Notes: generated by a model not told the origin, from the letters alone. A stretch of DNA of 64,000 nt from Candidatus Micrarchaeota archaeon (GCA_040753215.1 JBFMEZ010000025.1:87905-151904); one strand, 5' to 3'. Counted from the first letter of the stretch, positions 1-9,675 are shown. Made by a program: numbers and translations.

Positions 1-2
1 CC

Positions 3-299
3 CCGGAATTCATACTTGAGGAATTCCAAAAGCACAGGGACGAAATCCTGCAAAAGACCAGCAGGAGCCCGGAGGAGTTTGATTCCGTATTCGAAATCCT
101 TAAGGAAGTCATCATCGTTGTGCCAAAAGAGGACTACGAAGGCATGCTTCCCGCCGCGGATAAAATCGCCCCGGACCCTAAAGACGCCCCCTATCTCGCC
201 CTTGCGCTCAAGTTGAACATTCCGATATGGAGCAACGATAAGAGGCTAAAAACCCAAAACGAAGTGAACGTATACAGCACAAAAGAGCTTTTGGGATAA
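3..299 (+). CDS. PIN-domain protein, 5'-truncated by the window edge
   Basis: Frame 3 reads ...PDPKDAPYLALALKLNIPIWSNDKRLK...LLG*, the typical PIN C-terminal D...LAL...WS.D motif. Confidence 0.8.
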   Translation, partial: PEFILEEFQKHRDEILQKTSRSPEEFDSVFEILKEVIIVVPKEDYEGMLPAADKIAPDPKDAPYLALALKLNIPIWSNDKRLKTQNEVNVYSTKELLG

Positions 300-394
300 G
301 CAAAGGACCCGGTCAAGTTTTTGCAGGAGTTTGCGGCGGCATTCTGAAAAGTGTGGTAATAGCTTCTTAAATATTCCCATATACTAATACCTTT

Positions 395-1227
395 ATGAAC
401 GCTACAATTCATGCAGCAAGATTGATCCGCGGCCCGGCGCTGGAAGTGCTCGTCCCCAGGAGCAGGGGCGTGCCTTTTGACGAGGCGCTCGGGGTTGCGG
501 AGCGGGGAAGGATGTTATTGCTTCAAACCTGAGATTGCACAGGGCACAAACAACCGGGGAGTGGAGGGCCATTAGAGAAGTTTTTGCATGCTGGACGGGT
601 ACAATGGTGGGCTTCGTGGAGCCGGGCGAAAGGCTTGGGGAGGCAATTGTGTGGAACGAGCCCGGAACAGCCATTGAAAGGGTTTTCCCGGTTCCAAAGA
701 GGTTCAGGGAGCTGAGGGATTGCGCCCTTGTTGTGGAACATCCATATTACACTATTGAGCCAAAGGGGAATGAAAGGATTGTCAGGGCAGAAAGGGGAAA
801 GGTGGAAGTTGTAGAGGAATTGCCACCTGAGGATGGCTTTTATCTTATAGACCCGAAGCACGGCATCCCGCAGGGAAAAAAAGTGGAGCCAGAAGGTCGG
901 GTGGATTTGGCAAATCTGTCTAGGATTGCGAAAAGGGTGGGCCTTGTTGCCTGCGGCAACAACAACTGGGGCGGCTACGTCAGGCGGTACGTCGACGCGG
1001 TCTACCAGGTGTCCTGCAGGCTCGGGGTGGCAGTGGAAGCCCCCGGAGGGGGCGCGCCGAAAATGCACCGCCAACACAGAGGAGAAGCGCTGGAATAAGC
1101 CAAGCGCCTCGCGCAAGGCGCGGCATCTGCAGTTGAGCATCTAGGCACGGTGGTCGCAGCCGAGCGCCTAGAAGAGATAAGGGCGTTGATTGCGGCAGTT
1201 GAAATTGAGCATTCCACCCATCTCTGA
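395..1227 (+). pseudogene. Disrupted putative DGR target gene (frameshift near 505, premature TAA at 1096-1098)
   Basis: ATG at 395 reads MNATIHAARL...AERG, then continues in another frame as KDVIASNLRLH... (ORF 535..1098). That frame stays open past the TAA to TGA 1225-1227. The region 934-1035 is rich in NNC codons. Confidence 0.6.
1039..1053 (+). promoter_or_regulatory. DGR-type cis hairpin GCCCCC-GGA-GGGGGC
   Basis: Perfect 6-bp stem with a GGA loop directly after the putative variable region. Confidence 0.6.
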
Positions 1228-1395
1228 TGGGTGGTGGGGGGTGGAATGCAGCTGTCAAAATGCTCCCAGTGCGAGCGCCCTTGCAAGCCACCGGCCTGCG
1301 GCCGGTGGTGGCGCGAGCATTTTGACAATCTCTAGCCCGCCAGCGCGAAAACATATAGTCCAAACTATGCAAATATCATAGCCGGGACTATATTT

Positions 1396-2826
1396 CTATC
1401 TGACCGGCAAGGAGTCAAACATCCGCGTTATATCTTTCAACTCCAGCCCAACCACCCCCCGCTCTTCCATGTATCTTTTCGCAGATGGCGTAAATCCTGC
1501 CTTCGCAACGACCAGCATCCTTACGTTTGAGCGCTGTTCATGCGTGCAGGAAAGGAAGGAAATCCTGCTCTCAAGCTCCGCCACAACCTGCGCGTCAGCA
1601 GGCGTGTTCTCCCACTTCACCTCGCCCACGAGCATGGATTTCTTCCCAAGCGCTACGATATCCATGTCTCCCTCCTTGCGCCCCCACCAGCTTCCAAGCT
1701 CGTAGAACTCCAGAACCGCGTCCCCAAGCTTTTTGCCGTTCCATTTCGCCAAAAGCTCCTTCACCACGCTTTCAAACACGCGCCCTTCGAAAGCAGGCAT
1801 CTCCGCCGCAATCCTTTCCTTGACATAATTGTAGTTCTCTATCTCAAGCGCGGAAAGGTTCCTGAACACGAAATTGTACCAGAAGGCGAAGAAATTGTCC
1901 TGGAAAACATACTGCGGCCGGTGCTTGCCGCAGAGGGGCGTAATCTTTTTTATGAGCTCAAGGTACTTCTCCAGCTTGTTCAGGTAAAAACCCATCTGGC
2001 CTGCGCCAATCCCGGTCTGGTCAGATATTTCCTTCGGATTCCTGTGCCCGCCAGCAATTGCTGCCAGGATGGAATTGTACCTTCCCGTATTCTTCAGCTC
2101 CATCCGCAGGAGCGCCTGCGGCTCGTCGCGCAGAAGCCCGTCCTTCTTCAGCATTGCCGCCTCCACAACCCCCATGTACTTTGAAGCGTCGGTGCACTGC
2201 TCCGCAAAGCGCAGGTAGCTCGGCATCCCGCCGTAAGTTGCATAAAGCTTCATGAGCATCCCTTCATCAATCCCCGGAAGCGCCTGCCTGAACGACTGGT
2301 AGTCAAAAGGGCGAAGCTTTATCCGTGCGGTCGCCCTCCCAAAGAGAGGCGATTTGCTGCTTATCGCTATGCGTTGTATCGCGCCAACCGCTGAGCCGAG
2401 GAAAACAACCATTATCGGCACATCTTTGAGCTTGGTGTCCCATAATTTCTGGAACCTAGTGAAGGCCCTCGGGTCCGTGCGCATTCTCTGGAATTCATCA
2501 ATCACTACGACGGTCTTCCTTTCCCCCGCCCTCTCACCGAGAAATGAGAAGAAAGACTCCCACGCCCTGAAGTCTGCCCTGACCTCCGGCCACGATATGG
2601 ATACATCTTCGGATATTGAACGGAGCATGTCCGCAGGAGCCCTCTCGTCCACGAGAATGTAAGCTCCTTCGTCCTTGGGAACGTTGTCGGCGAGGAATTT
2701 CCTTACAAGCTCGGTTTTCCCAACCCTCCTCCTGCCATACAGGATGATTAGTTCCCCGCGGCGCAGGTTCTCAAACCTCTGCCTGAAAGTTTCCAGCTCC
2801 TCTTTTCTGTCGGTGAATTTTACCAT
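1396..2826 (-). CDS. Archaeal AAA ATPase with wHTH and DUF234-like nuclease domain
   Basis: Walker A GRRRVGKT, Walker B IDEFQ, C-terminal DMDIV...GEVKW. Confidence 0.85.
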   Translation of the reverse strand: MVKFTDRKEELETFRQRFENLRRGELIILYGRRRVGKTELVRKFLADNVPKDEGAYILVDERAPADMLRSISEDVSISWPEVRADFRAWESFFSFLGERAGERKTVVVIDEFQRMRTDPRAFTRFQKLWDTKLKDVPIMVVFLGSAVGAIQRIAISSKSPLFGRATARIKLRPFDYQSFRQALPGIDEGMLMKLYATYGGMPSYLRFAEQCTDASKYMGVVEAAMLKKDGLLRDEPQALLRMELKNTGRYNSILAAIAGGHRNPKEISDQTGIGAGQMGFYLNKLEKYLELIKKITPLCGKHRPQYVFQDNFFAFWYNFVFRNLSALEIENYNYVKERIAAEMPAFEGRVFESVVKELLAKWNGKKLGDAVLEFYELGSWWGRKEGDMDIVALGKKSMLVGEVKWENTPADAQVVAELESRISFLSCTHEQRSNVRMLVVAKAGFTPSAKRYMEERGVVGLELKDITRMFDSLPVR

Positions 2827-2898
2827 GCACAATACTTATAGTTCAAACTATATAAATGTTATTGTTTCGGCTATAACTTAGAAAACCAGCACAAGTAG

Positions 2899-4803
2899 TC
2901 ATCCGTAAAATATCGGCCTCAGAGACAATTCCTTGGGCATGCTGAGCTGCTCAAATGGTTTATCCGCAGTTTTCTTCTTAATCTCCGCAGCCAGCTCCTC
3001 AGCCTTCATCTCTTTCTTTTCCCCGGTCTCACGAACAGTAACAGAAAGCTTGCCGCTCTCCATTTCCTTGTCCCCAACCACAGCAACATAAGGAACCCAG
3101 TCCTTTTCCGCCTGCCTTATCTTCTTTGCGAGGCTTTCCTGCGTATCATCGATGTCCGTCCGTACCCCCTCAAACTTTGCAAACAGTTTCCCTGCATATT
3201 CCAGATGCCTGTCTGCAATAGGAATAATCCGCACCTGCGTTGGAGAAAGCCAGAGCGGAAGCATCGCCTTCTCCCCCTTCTCCATCCTCATCGCTTCCTT
3301 CTCCAAGAGAGCATAGACCACCCTTTCCAGGCTCCCGGAAATGGATGCATGCGTAATCACGGGCTTCTTCCTGCTTCCATCCTCATCCACATAATGGATT
3401 CCGTACGTGCCTGCATTCTCCACATCAATCTGCACCGTAGTAAGTGCAGAAGCCTTGTCCATCGAATCCAAAAAGTTGAACTCAAATTTCGTAATGAAGT
3501 ACGCATACCTCTCATCAAACATCTCCACAAGCACCGGCTTTCCAATCCTCTTCACCATCCTCGCATACCATTCCTTATTTTTCTCATAGAAATCCGTCTC
3601 TATGCGGAAGCCCACCTCCGCCTTCTCAAACAACCCAACCGAAGAAAGCCAGGAAATCCCAAGCCCAAGCTGCCTCTCAAACTCCTCCTGCGCCTGTGGA
3701 ATGTCCCTGCAGAGGGCGTGCATATCCGGCATCGTGAAAGCCCGCAATCTCTTCAGCCCGGCGAGCTCCCCTCCCTGCTCGCGCCTAAATGAATAGCGCG
3801 TCAATTCATACATTTTCAAAGGAAGGTGCCTGTGCGAAATCACCATTCCCGTGGCCATCAAAAACTGCCCGAAGCAGGCGGAGAACCGTAAAAACAGCTT
3901 CTTCTCGTCCGAAAGCACCACATACTGCCTCGCAGGGAAGCGGTCAAGGTATTTCTTCAGCGTCGGGTGCTCAAAATCATACATCACGGGCGTCTCCACC
4001 TCCATCGCCCCATAATCCACGCAGAAATCCGTTATGTCCTTCTCAAGTATTCTTTTGATCAGCCGCCCGTTCGGGTACCAGCGGAAGTTCCCCTGATCCG
4101 TCCCAGGCTCGTAATCCACGAACTCGTGCTCCTTCATTATCTTCACGTGCGGCGGCTCCTTCTCATACGCCCGCACCTTCTTGGCCTCATAGGTCATGAA
4201 CTTATGCAATCCCTCATGTCCCTTGTAATTGAACTTCTCATGCTCAACCAGCTTCCCTTCCGGAGTAAGCACATAGAACCTGCTCTGCAGCCCCGCCTCC
4301 TTTTTTAGGGATTCCGAAACCCTCTCTTCGCTCTCCACGCCCTTTATCTTCATCTCCTTTTTCTCTGCCTTCATTCCCGGAGTGAAAACGCGCGAAAGCT
4401 CACTAAGCGGATGGCCTTTTGCCTCCACCTTGAATTTTTTATAATAGCCGAAAGGCGCCCTAAGCACCGTAAACCCGTTCTCCTTCAGCGCCCCCTCGAT
4501 ATCCTTGAGCAATTGTATCGCCGCTTCCGGAGAGGATGGCGTGCTCCCAAAAAGAAGGTGCGCATACGGATAAAGCATCACATTCCTGCATTTCACCTGC
4601 TCGGAGACAGACAAAAGGTCATCCACGGCCTGCTGCGCAATCCCGTTCAGGTCCTCCTCATCGCTCTTCTCCACCGCAATCCGGACCCAGATTACGTCCT
4701 TCATCTCGCCTTTTTCCATTTCCTTGGGAATAGCTTCCGCAAACTTGGTCTTCCTGGTGGTCTCGTACGAAACCCTGTCCGCATGGATGATAAGCTCCTT
4801 CAT
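2899..4803 (-). CDS. thrS: Threonyl-tRNA synthetase, archaeal type
   Basis: N-terminal editing domain (YPYAHL, APFGYYK, GHPLSELSR), LRFSACFG, SFRREQ.GEL, FTMPDMH. Confidence 0.97.
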   Translation of the reverse strand: MKELIIHADRVSYETTRKTKFAEAIPKEMEKGEMKDVIWVRIAVEKSDEEDLNGIAQQAVDDLLSVSEQVKCRNVMLYPYAHLLFGSTPSSPEAAIQLLKDIEGALKENGFTVLRAPFGYYKKFKVEAKGHPLSELSRVFTPGMKAEKKEMKIKGVESEERVSESLKKEAGLQSRFYVLTPEGKLVEHEKFNYKGHEGLHKFMTYEAKKVRAYEKEPPHVKIMKEHEFVDYEPGTDQGNFRWYPNGRLIKRILEKDITDFCVDYGAMEVETPVMYDFEHPTLKKYLDRFPARQYVVLSDEKKLFLRFSACFGQFLMATGMVISHRHLPLKMYELTRYSFRREQGGELAGLKRLRAFTMPDMHALCRDIPQAQEEFERQLGLGISWLSSVGLFEKAEVGFRIETDFYEKNKEWYARMVKRIGKPVLVEMFDERYAYFITKFEFNFLDSMDKASALTTVQIDVENAGTYGIHYVDEDGSRKKPVITHASISGSLERVVYALLEKEAMRMEKGEKAMLPLWLSPTQVRIIPIADRHLEYAGKLFAKFEGVRTDIDDTQESLAKKIRQAEKDWVPYVAVVGDKEMESGKLSVTVRETGEKKEMKAEELAAEIKKKTADKPFEQLSMPKELSLRPIFYG

Positions 4804-4838
4804 CTGTAATACCTCTATAATGTAACCATGGTTACATG

Positions 4839-4895
4839 CCAGTTTTCAGCTTCCGGTCTCCAGTTTCCAGAACGGGAAACCCGAAACAGGAAACC
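4839..4895. repeat. Heptamer (CCRGTTT-like) repeats arranged as an inverted repeat, next to the perfect palindrome ATGTAACCATGGTTACAT (4820-4837)
   Basis: ccagttttcagcttccggtctccagtttcc ... cgggaaacccgaaacaggaaacc. Confidence 0.7.
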
Positions 4896-4896
4896 A

Positions 4897-6543
4897 TCAA
4901 TCCCCAACCCCCTCTATAATAGCGGCATAAGCCGGCCTGGATATCAGCAATCCAAGCAGCGCACCCAGTATTGTCGAAATCGCGAACCCGATAATCTCCA
5001 CCATTCCGGAGAAAAGCAAAGGAACCATCGCAAACACAGCCACCGTAACCGTAGTCGTCACAATCTCGAACGCCTTCGCCAGCTTCTCCTCCCTCGTCCC
5101 TTCCTTCTTCAGCAGCTCATCCGTAATCACGATCTGCGAGTCCACTCCCACCCCAATCGCCGCAATAATCCCCGCCATCCCGGCCAGATCAATAGTGAAA
5201 GACCCTATCACCGAAAGAAGTATCACCATCTCAGAGACGCTTATCGCAATAATGGGCAGGAGTATGCTCACCTTCCTGTACCTCAGCGAAACAAGGATGG
5301 AGATAGCCACAAGCGCCAGCCCGAGCCCTATTATGCTCAGCCTCAGGAACTCTTCTCCCAAAGGTGCGGGAACCACGGTCTTGGAACCGATGGAAATCTG
5401 CACAGGAAGCGCCCCGCCCTTCAGGATGGATTCTATCTTCCTCTCGCTCTCATAAGCATTCCTTGTCTTGTCCGCTCCCGTCCCCTGCGCAGCCCCGCCT
5501 ATCTGGAACCCATAATTAGGTATCCCCGTAGTAATAGAAGGCGAAAGCCGCGGCGATGAAAGCAGCCCGACCGCCTTCCACTCATCCACCGTAGTCCCCT
5601 GCACATCCTCCGAATACTGGAATTTTGGGGAAATCTCCCCATCCTCCACAACACTTAGCACGAACCCCTTCGCTTCCAGCTGGCTTCCAATCTCCCCAGC
5701 CAGCGAGCTTGAAACAATCGCCTTCGTCCTGTTTGTTTTCGGCGTAAGGTTTCCCAAACCCCCATCATAAACATACAGCCCAATATCATTCCCATCCAGC
5801 CGCAGCGCCTCCTCCATCGCGGATAGAATCCCCTCCCTGTCCGCAACCTGCGCATTCCTGCCCAGCTCTTCCCATGCAGCCACCACAACCGCATCGTTCG
5901 GCCTGTCCAGGAACATGTATATGGGATAATTCCCCTTTCCCTTCACCGCTTCCGCAAAATGCTCCGCCCCCTCCCTGTTCACCGAGAACGCGACCCCCCA
6001 GTCCTCCCCCCTTAGCGCTGAAGGCGGCACCCTGTAAATAGTTCCCGGGAGTATATACTCCCCCCTCATCGCCTCCTTCCCGTCCACAACCCCGGTATAC
6101 ACCCCCTGGTGGGCAAGCACGTCCTCAACTGATTTTATGAAACCCGGGTCCGAGCTCGGCACCTCCACGTTTATCTGCGATTCACCGACCGCCCTCACCT
6201 TCACTTCCGTAAGCCCAAACGCGGATGCCCTTTTCTTTATCGTATTCACCATCTCGTCCATAAGGCTCGATGGCACAGGCTGCTCCAGTATTACCGGAAT
6301 CCTCGTCCCCCCGCTGAAATCTATCCCGAACTTCAGCCCGTGCAGCCCCATGTTGAAAAGCGCAAGGAGTATTATCGCCCCCAGCCCCATCATCTTCAGC
6401 TCTTTCCCGTGCCAGAAGTGCGTGAGTGCCCCGAACACGATTAGCGCGAGCATGAGGAAAAGTCCGGAGAAAACCGGATAGAGATAAATGGCAGCAGCGA
6501 AAAGGAGGACAAGCGCAGCCAGCACTTTCTTTGCGTCTATCAT
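4897..6543 (-). CDS. secD: Protein translocase subunit SecD
   Basis: LKFGIDFSGGT, GGALPV, IDLAGMAGIIAAIGVGVDSQIVI; likely start MIDAKK at 6543. Confidence 0.92.
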   Translation of the reverse strand: MIDAKKVLAALVLLFAAAIYLYPVFSGLFLMLALIVFGALTHFWHGKELKMMGLGAIILLALFNMGLHGLKFGIDFSGGTRIPVILEQPVPSSLMDEMVNTIKKRASAFGLTEVKVRAVGESQINVEVPSSDPGFIKSVEDVLAHQGVYTGVVDGKEAMRGEYILPGTIYRVPPSALRGEDWGVAFSVNREGAEHFAEAVKGKGNYPIYMFLDRPNDAVVVAAWEELGRNAQVADREGILSAMEEALRLDGNDIGLYVYDGGLGNLTPKTNRTKAIVSSSLAGEIGSQLEAKGFVLSVVEDGEISPKFQYSEDVQGTTVDEWKAVGLLSSPRLSPSITTGIPNYGFQIGGAAQGTGADKTRNAYESERKIESILKGGALPVQISIGSKTVVPAPLGEEFLRLSIIGLGLALVAISILVSLRYRKVSILLPIIAISVSEMVILLSVIGSFTIDLAGMAGIIAAIGVGVDSQIVITDELLKKEGTREEKLAKAFEIVTTTVTVAVFAMVPLLFSGMVEIIGFAISTILGALLGLLISRPAYAAIIEGVGD

Positions 6544-6590
6544 TTTTTCTCCCCACCCATGTGCTCCTTGTAATACAACACCATCACCGC
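6540..6590 (-). repeat. Displaced duplicate of the secF 3' end
   Basis: Reads AVMVLYYKEHMGGEKK* against AVMVLWYKEHAAKVGG* in secF (6680-6730); its TGA overlaps the secD ATG. Confidence 0.85.
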
Positions 6591-6679
6591 TCTCCTTTTT
6601 TCTCGCTCCAGCTCGCCAGTGGCTCGCTTCCGCTCTGTGCGGCAAATAGGCAAAAAGGAGACCAAAAACCCCAGACTAT
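6591..6679 (-). mobile_element. Type B structured element (TCTCCTTTTT...GCAAAAAGGAG-CCAAAAACC on the + strand)
   Basis: Shared motifs with 9747-9905 and 17457-17537; terminal CTCCTTTTT/AAAAAGGAG pairing. Confidence 0.65.
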
Positions 6680-7786
6680 TCATCCGCCCACCTTCGCCGC
6701 ATGCTCCTTATACCACAACACCATCACCGCATTTAATCCCCAGGTCGCAAACACGTCCCCAACCAGCCCCGCGAGCGCAACCGCCGAAATCTCATAATAA
6801 ACCGCTATGTGCGTAATCACCGAGACCGCAAACAGCACCAGGAAGGCAACCATCGCCGAGAAGCTCATCGTCATCCCGGTCTTCATCGCATCAAACGCGT
6901 TCTCCCTCGGGTCGCCCCTCCTCTTCACCAGCCGCGTGGTCAGCAGCACATCCGTGTCCAGCGAGAACCCGACAAGCATCAGCAATGCCGCAAACGAAGG
7001 CAATGTAAGCGGTATTCCGAAAATGCTCATCGCGCCCAGCGCTATTACCACATCGCTCGCAGCGCCCGTAAGCACCGCAAGGCTCGGCACGAGCGTCCTG
7101 AAGAAAAAGAACACCAGGATAGTGCTGAGTATTGCGGAGAAAACAACAACATTGAACGCCTGCTCGAGGAAGTGCGTGCTAAGCGCCGGGCTCACGGTCA
7201 CCGCCGACCTGCTCGTGTATTCCACGCCCCTGTCCACAACCCCCATCACCTGCTCCATCTGCAGGTCGCTCATCCTCATGTAGGCCTCGTTGAATGCGCC
7301 CCTGAGCGCATTCAGGTTGGTGTAAAGCCTCGCCTCTGTATTCGACCCCGCGAGCTCAAACATCCTGTCCGCAATCCCATCCAGCTTCTCCCTCTCCGCC
7401 TCATACTCCGCCTGCACCGATGCGTTCTGGTTCGCCTCCGCCTCCAGCCGCGCCACCTTATCCAGCTGCGTGCCGAACTCCGCCTTCAGGTCGTCCGCCT
7501 CATACATCTGCTCGGTCTGCGACACCTCTATCTCCATCTTCCTCCCCAGCTCGCTCTCGTACATCTTCACGTTCGCATCAAAGCCGGCAGCCCTCAGGTC
7601 CTCCTGCAGTGCGGCCGCATCCGGCTGGTTCGTCACTTCTAAAGTTATGAGCGTCCCCCCCCTGAAATCCACGCCCAGCTTCAGGTTGGGCAGGTAGTAT
7701 ATGGATAAGATTATGAGTATGAGCGGGAATATGAGCAACAGCCGGTAATCTCCCTTATATATATTAGGAATCATCTTATACCCCAA
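6680..7786 (-). CDS. secF: Protein translocase subunit SecF
   Basis: LKLGVDFRGGT, AALLMLVGFSLDTDVLLTTR; adjacent to secD. Confidence 0.92.
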   Translation of the reverse strand: MGYKMIPNIYKGDYRLLLIFPLILIILSIYYLPNLKLGVDFRGGTLITLEVTNQPDAAALQEDLRAAGFDANVKMYESELGRKMEIEVSQTEQMYEADDLKAEFGTQLDKVARLEAEANQNASVQAEYEAEREKLDGIADRMFELAGSNTEARLYTNLNALRGAFNEAYMRMSDLQMEQVMGVVDRGVEYTSRSAVTVSPALSTHFLEQAFNVVVFSAILSTILVFFFFRTLVPSLAVLTGAASDVVIALGAMSIFGIPLTLPSFAALLMLVGFSLDTDVLLTTRLVKRRGDPRENAFDAMKTGMTMSFSAMVAFLVLFAVSVITHIAVYYEISAVALAGLVGDVFATWGLNAVMVLWYKEHAAKVGG

Positions 7787-7810
7787 AAACCTGTCTGTAT
7801 TATCCGATAA

Positions 7811-7850
7811 TGTTTATAAAATACCGACTTTGTTTATAAAATACCGACTT
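7811..7850. repeat. Exact 20-bp tandem duplication TGTTTATAAAATACCGACTT containing a TATA-like box
   Basis: Two adjacent identical copies upstream of secF. Confidence 0.9.
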
Positions 7851-7913
7851 TCAGCATCTCCTTCTCCGTCCTATGCGCGGGTTTTTAAAAACGAATCATT
7901 ATAATAAATAGTT

Positions 7914-8987
7914 ATGCATGGTTCTATCACAGCCAGCGCCAGAGTGGTGCCTTCCCGCAATAGGAGCCTTCGCGGCAGGCCTCCGCTTGAAAATGTGGTC
8001 GCCGCGATCCTAAAGCCGGCGGGCCGCACGAAAGAAGAGGTGGCTTCCGCAGAGCAGGAGCTAGTCCAGAGGCGGGATTCCGGCAATTTGGGTAAAATCC
8101 GGCTTTGCTTGGCAATAAGGGCGATGGGGGCTGAGCCCTGCGACGCAAAGAAGGGACGCCTCGGCACCATTGTCCCGGATCACCTCCCGGACAGGACATT
8201 TGCAGAAGCTTGGGAGATGGTCCTCAAAAATATCCGCCTCATCGGGAAGTTTCTCTCCAGAATTCAAAATTTGCTAAAGAAATGCAACATCCCTGAAAAA
8301 GACGCCGAGCAGATACTCACCGAAAACATGTTCTGGGCCGCGCTTTTCCACGACGGCTCGAGAGCCGCATTCTCCACATACGCCATGGAATGGTTCAAGA
8401 GGGGCCGCACGGGAATCGTTGCAGAAGCAGGCCTCATCACATTCCCGCACCACATAGTCACAGAGATGATAATGTTGGAGCGGTTCCGCGACAGGCACCC
8501 CCTCATGCCAGCGCACAGGATTGCAGATTGCCTGGATATGGCTCCTGTGCGCGTAGAGAGGCTTATGCGCCTCCGCGGGCTCCGCGAATCATCCATACGC
8601 CCCTTAAATGCAGATACGCTTTTCAATTCCGACACCCCTACCTTCAGGATGCACGAAACCCCGGACGAAACCCGCGGGGTGGTGCCCATAACGAGCTTCC
8701 CGCATGATGTGGTCGAGAAGATGAGGCCGCACCAGGAAGACGCTATCCTCAGGGAACAGCTCGACCAGAGCATGCGCAACGCCCTGCTGGTCCTGACTCC
8801 AAGGGAATCGCGGGTCCTGAAGATGCGCTTTGGGTTTGGAACGGGGGAAGGTGACACCTTCGAAGAAGCCGCCCGAAAGATGAACGTAACCAGGGAACGC
8901 ATCCGCCAGATAGAAGCCAAGGCGCTGCGCAAGCTGTGGCACCCATCGCGCAGGTCTTTGCACCATTTCTTAGAGGATGATGATTAA
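7914..8987 (+). CDS. Sigma-70 (RpoD)-like protein
   Basis: Region 4 LTPRESRVLKMRFG...VTRERIRQIEAKALRKL.HPSR; degenerate region 2 (NIRLI, FSTYA.EW). Confidence 0.8.
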   Translation: MHGSITASARVVPSRNRSLRGRPPLENVVAAILKPAGRTKEEVASAEQELVQRRDSGNLGKIRLCLAIRAMGAEPCDAKKGRLGTIVPDHLPDRTFAEAWEMVLKNIRLIGKFLSRIQNLLKKCNIPEKDAEQILTENMFWAALFHDGSRAAFSTYAMEWFKRGRTGIVAEAGLITFPHHIVTEMIMLERFRDRHPLMPAHRIADCLDMAPVRVERLMRLRGLRESSIRPLNADTLFNSDTPTFRMHETPDETRGVVPITSFPHDVVEKMRPHQEDAILREQLDQSMRNALLVLTPRESRVLKMRFGFGTGEGDTFEEAARKMNVTRERIRQIEAKALRKLWHPSRRSLHHFLEDDD

Positions 8988-9042
8988 TCCTGCTTATTAT
9001 GCAGGCAGGTAAATTGGCAGACAGCATACTGCTGACAGCAAA

Positions 9043-9065
9043 TGCGGCCGCCGGGATTCGAACCC
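9043..9065 (-). repeat. Duplicate of the tRNA-Gly(TCC) 3' 23 nt
   Basis: tgcggccgccgggattcgaaccc is identical to 9676-9698. Confidence 0.95.
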
Positions 9066-9164
9066 TCCCAAAAACGCGGAGGGGAGCGCCCCTCCCCATT
9101 TTTAGGGTTCATTCTGACCCTCCCCCAACTTCTCTTTGCAACCCTTTGCCAGTACTCCTTACGC
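9066..9164 (-). mobile_element. Type A structured element
   Basis: Minus strand GCGTAAGGAGTAC...GGGTCAGAATGAA...GGAGGGGCGCTCCCCTCCGCGTTTT. Confidence 0.75.
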
Positions 9165-9169
9165 AAGGT

Positions 9170-9559
9170 TCAATATGCCTTATCCCAAGGATATGGAAGC
9201 AGCTCCCTGAGTTTGGCTACTTTATTTTTTCCAATAATAACTTCTGTATCCAGGTTTTCTTCACTAATCTGGCTCATGAACTCTCTGCACGCTCCACACG
9301 GAGGGATAATTCCATATTCCGAAACTGCCACTATTTTCTTTATTTTGTACTCCCCGTTCGTAACCATGGCAGCGATGGCACCCTGTTCTGCACAGAAACC
9401 CATGCCAGAGGCGGTGTCTATACTTACGCCCGAATAAATAGTGCCTTTATTTGAAATTAGCGCACATCCAACATCCCCGATTGTGAATCCGTGTTTTATC
9501 TTTCTCGGCTTCAATATGGATTTGGCCTTCTCAACCAGTTGCTCATCCGTTATTTGCAT
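9170..9559 (-). CDS. cdd: Cytidine deaminase
   Basis: FCAEQGAI and PPCGACRE zinc motifs; likely start MQITDEQ. Confidence 0.88.
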   Translation of the reverse strand: MQITDEQLVEKAKSILKPRKIKHGFTIGDVGCALISNKGTIYSGVSIDTASGMGFCAEQGAIAAMVTNGEYKIKKIVAVSEYGIIPPCGACREFMSQISEENLDTEVIIGKNKVAKLRELLPYPWDKAY

Positions 9560-9675
9560 GATTATTGCTCTTTCATCAAATTTTAAAGCCTTAATTCCAC
9601 CGGTCTTTGACCAGCGGTAGTTCACAAACAAAGCACGGATACCGAAAACCCAAAACGGGAAACAGGAAACTGTTT

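Noticed and set aside
395..1227. Complete DGR cassette
   Set aside because: No reverse transcriptase, Avd or template repeat is visible in the window; only a candidate target is reported.
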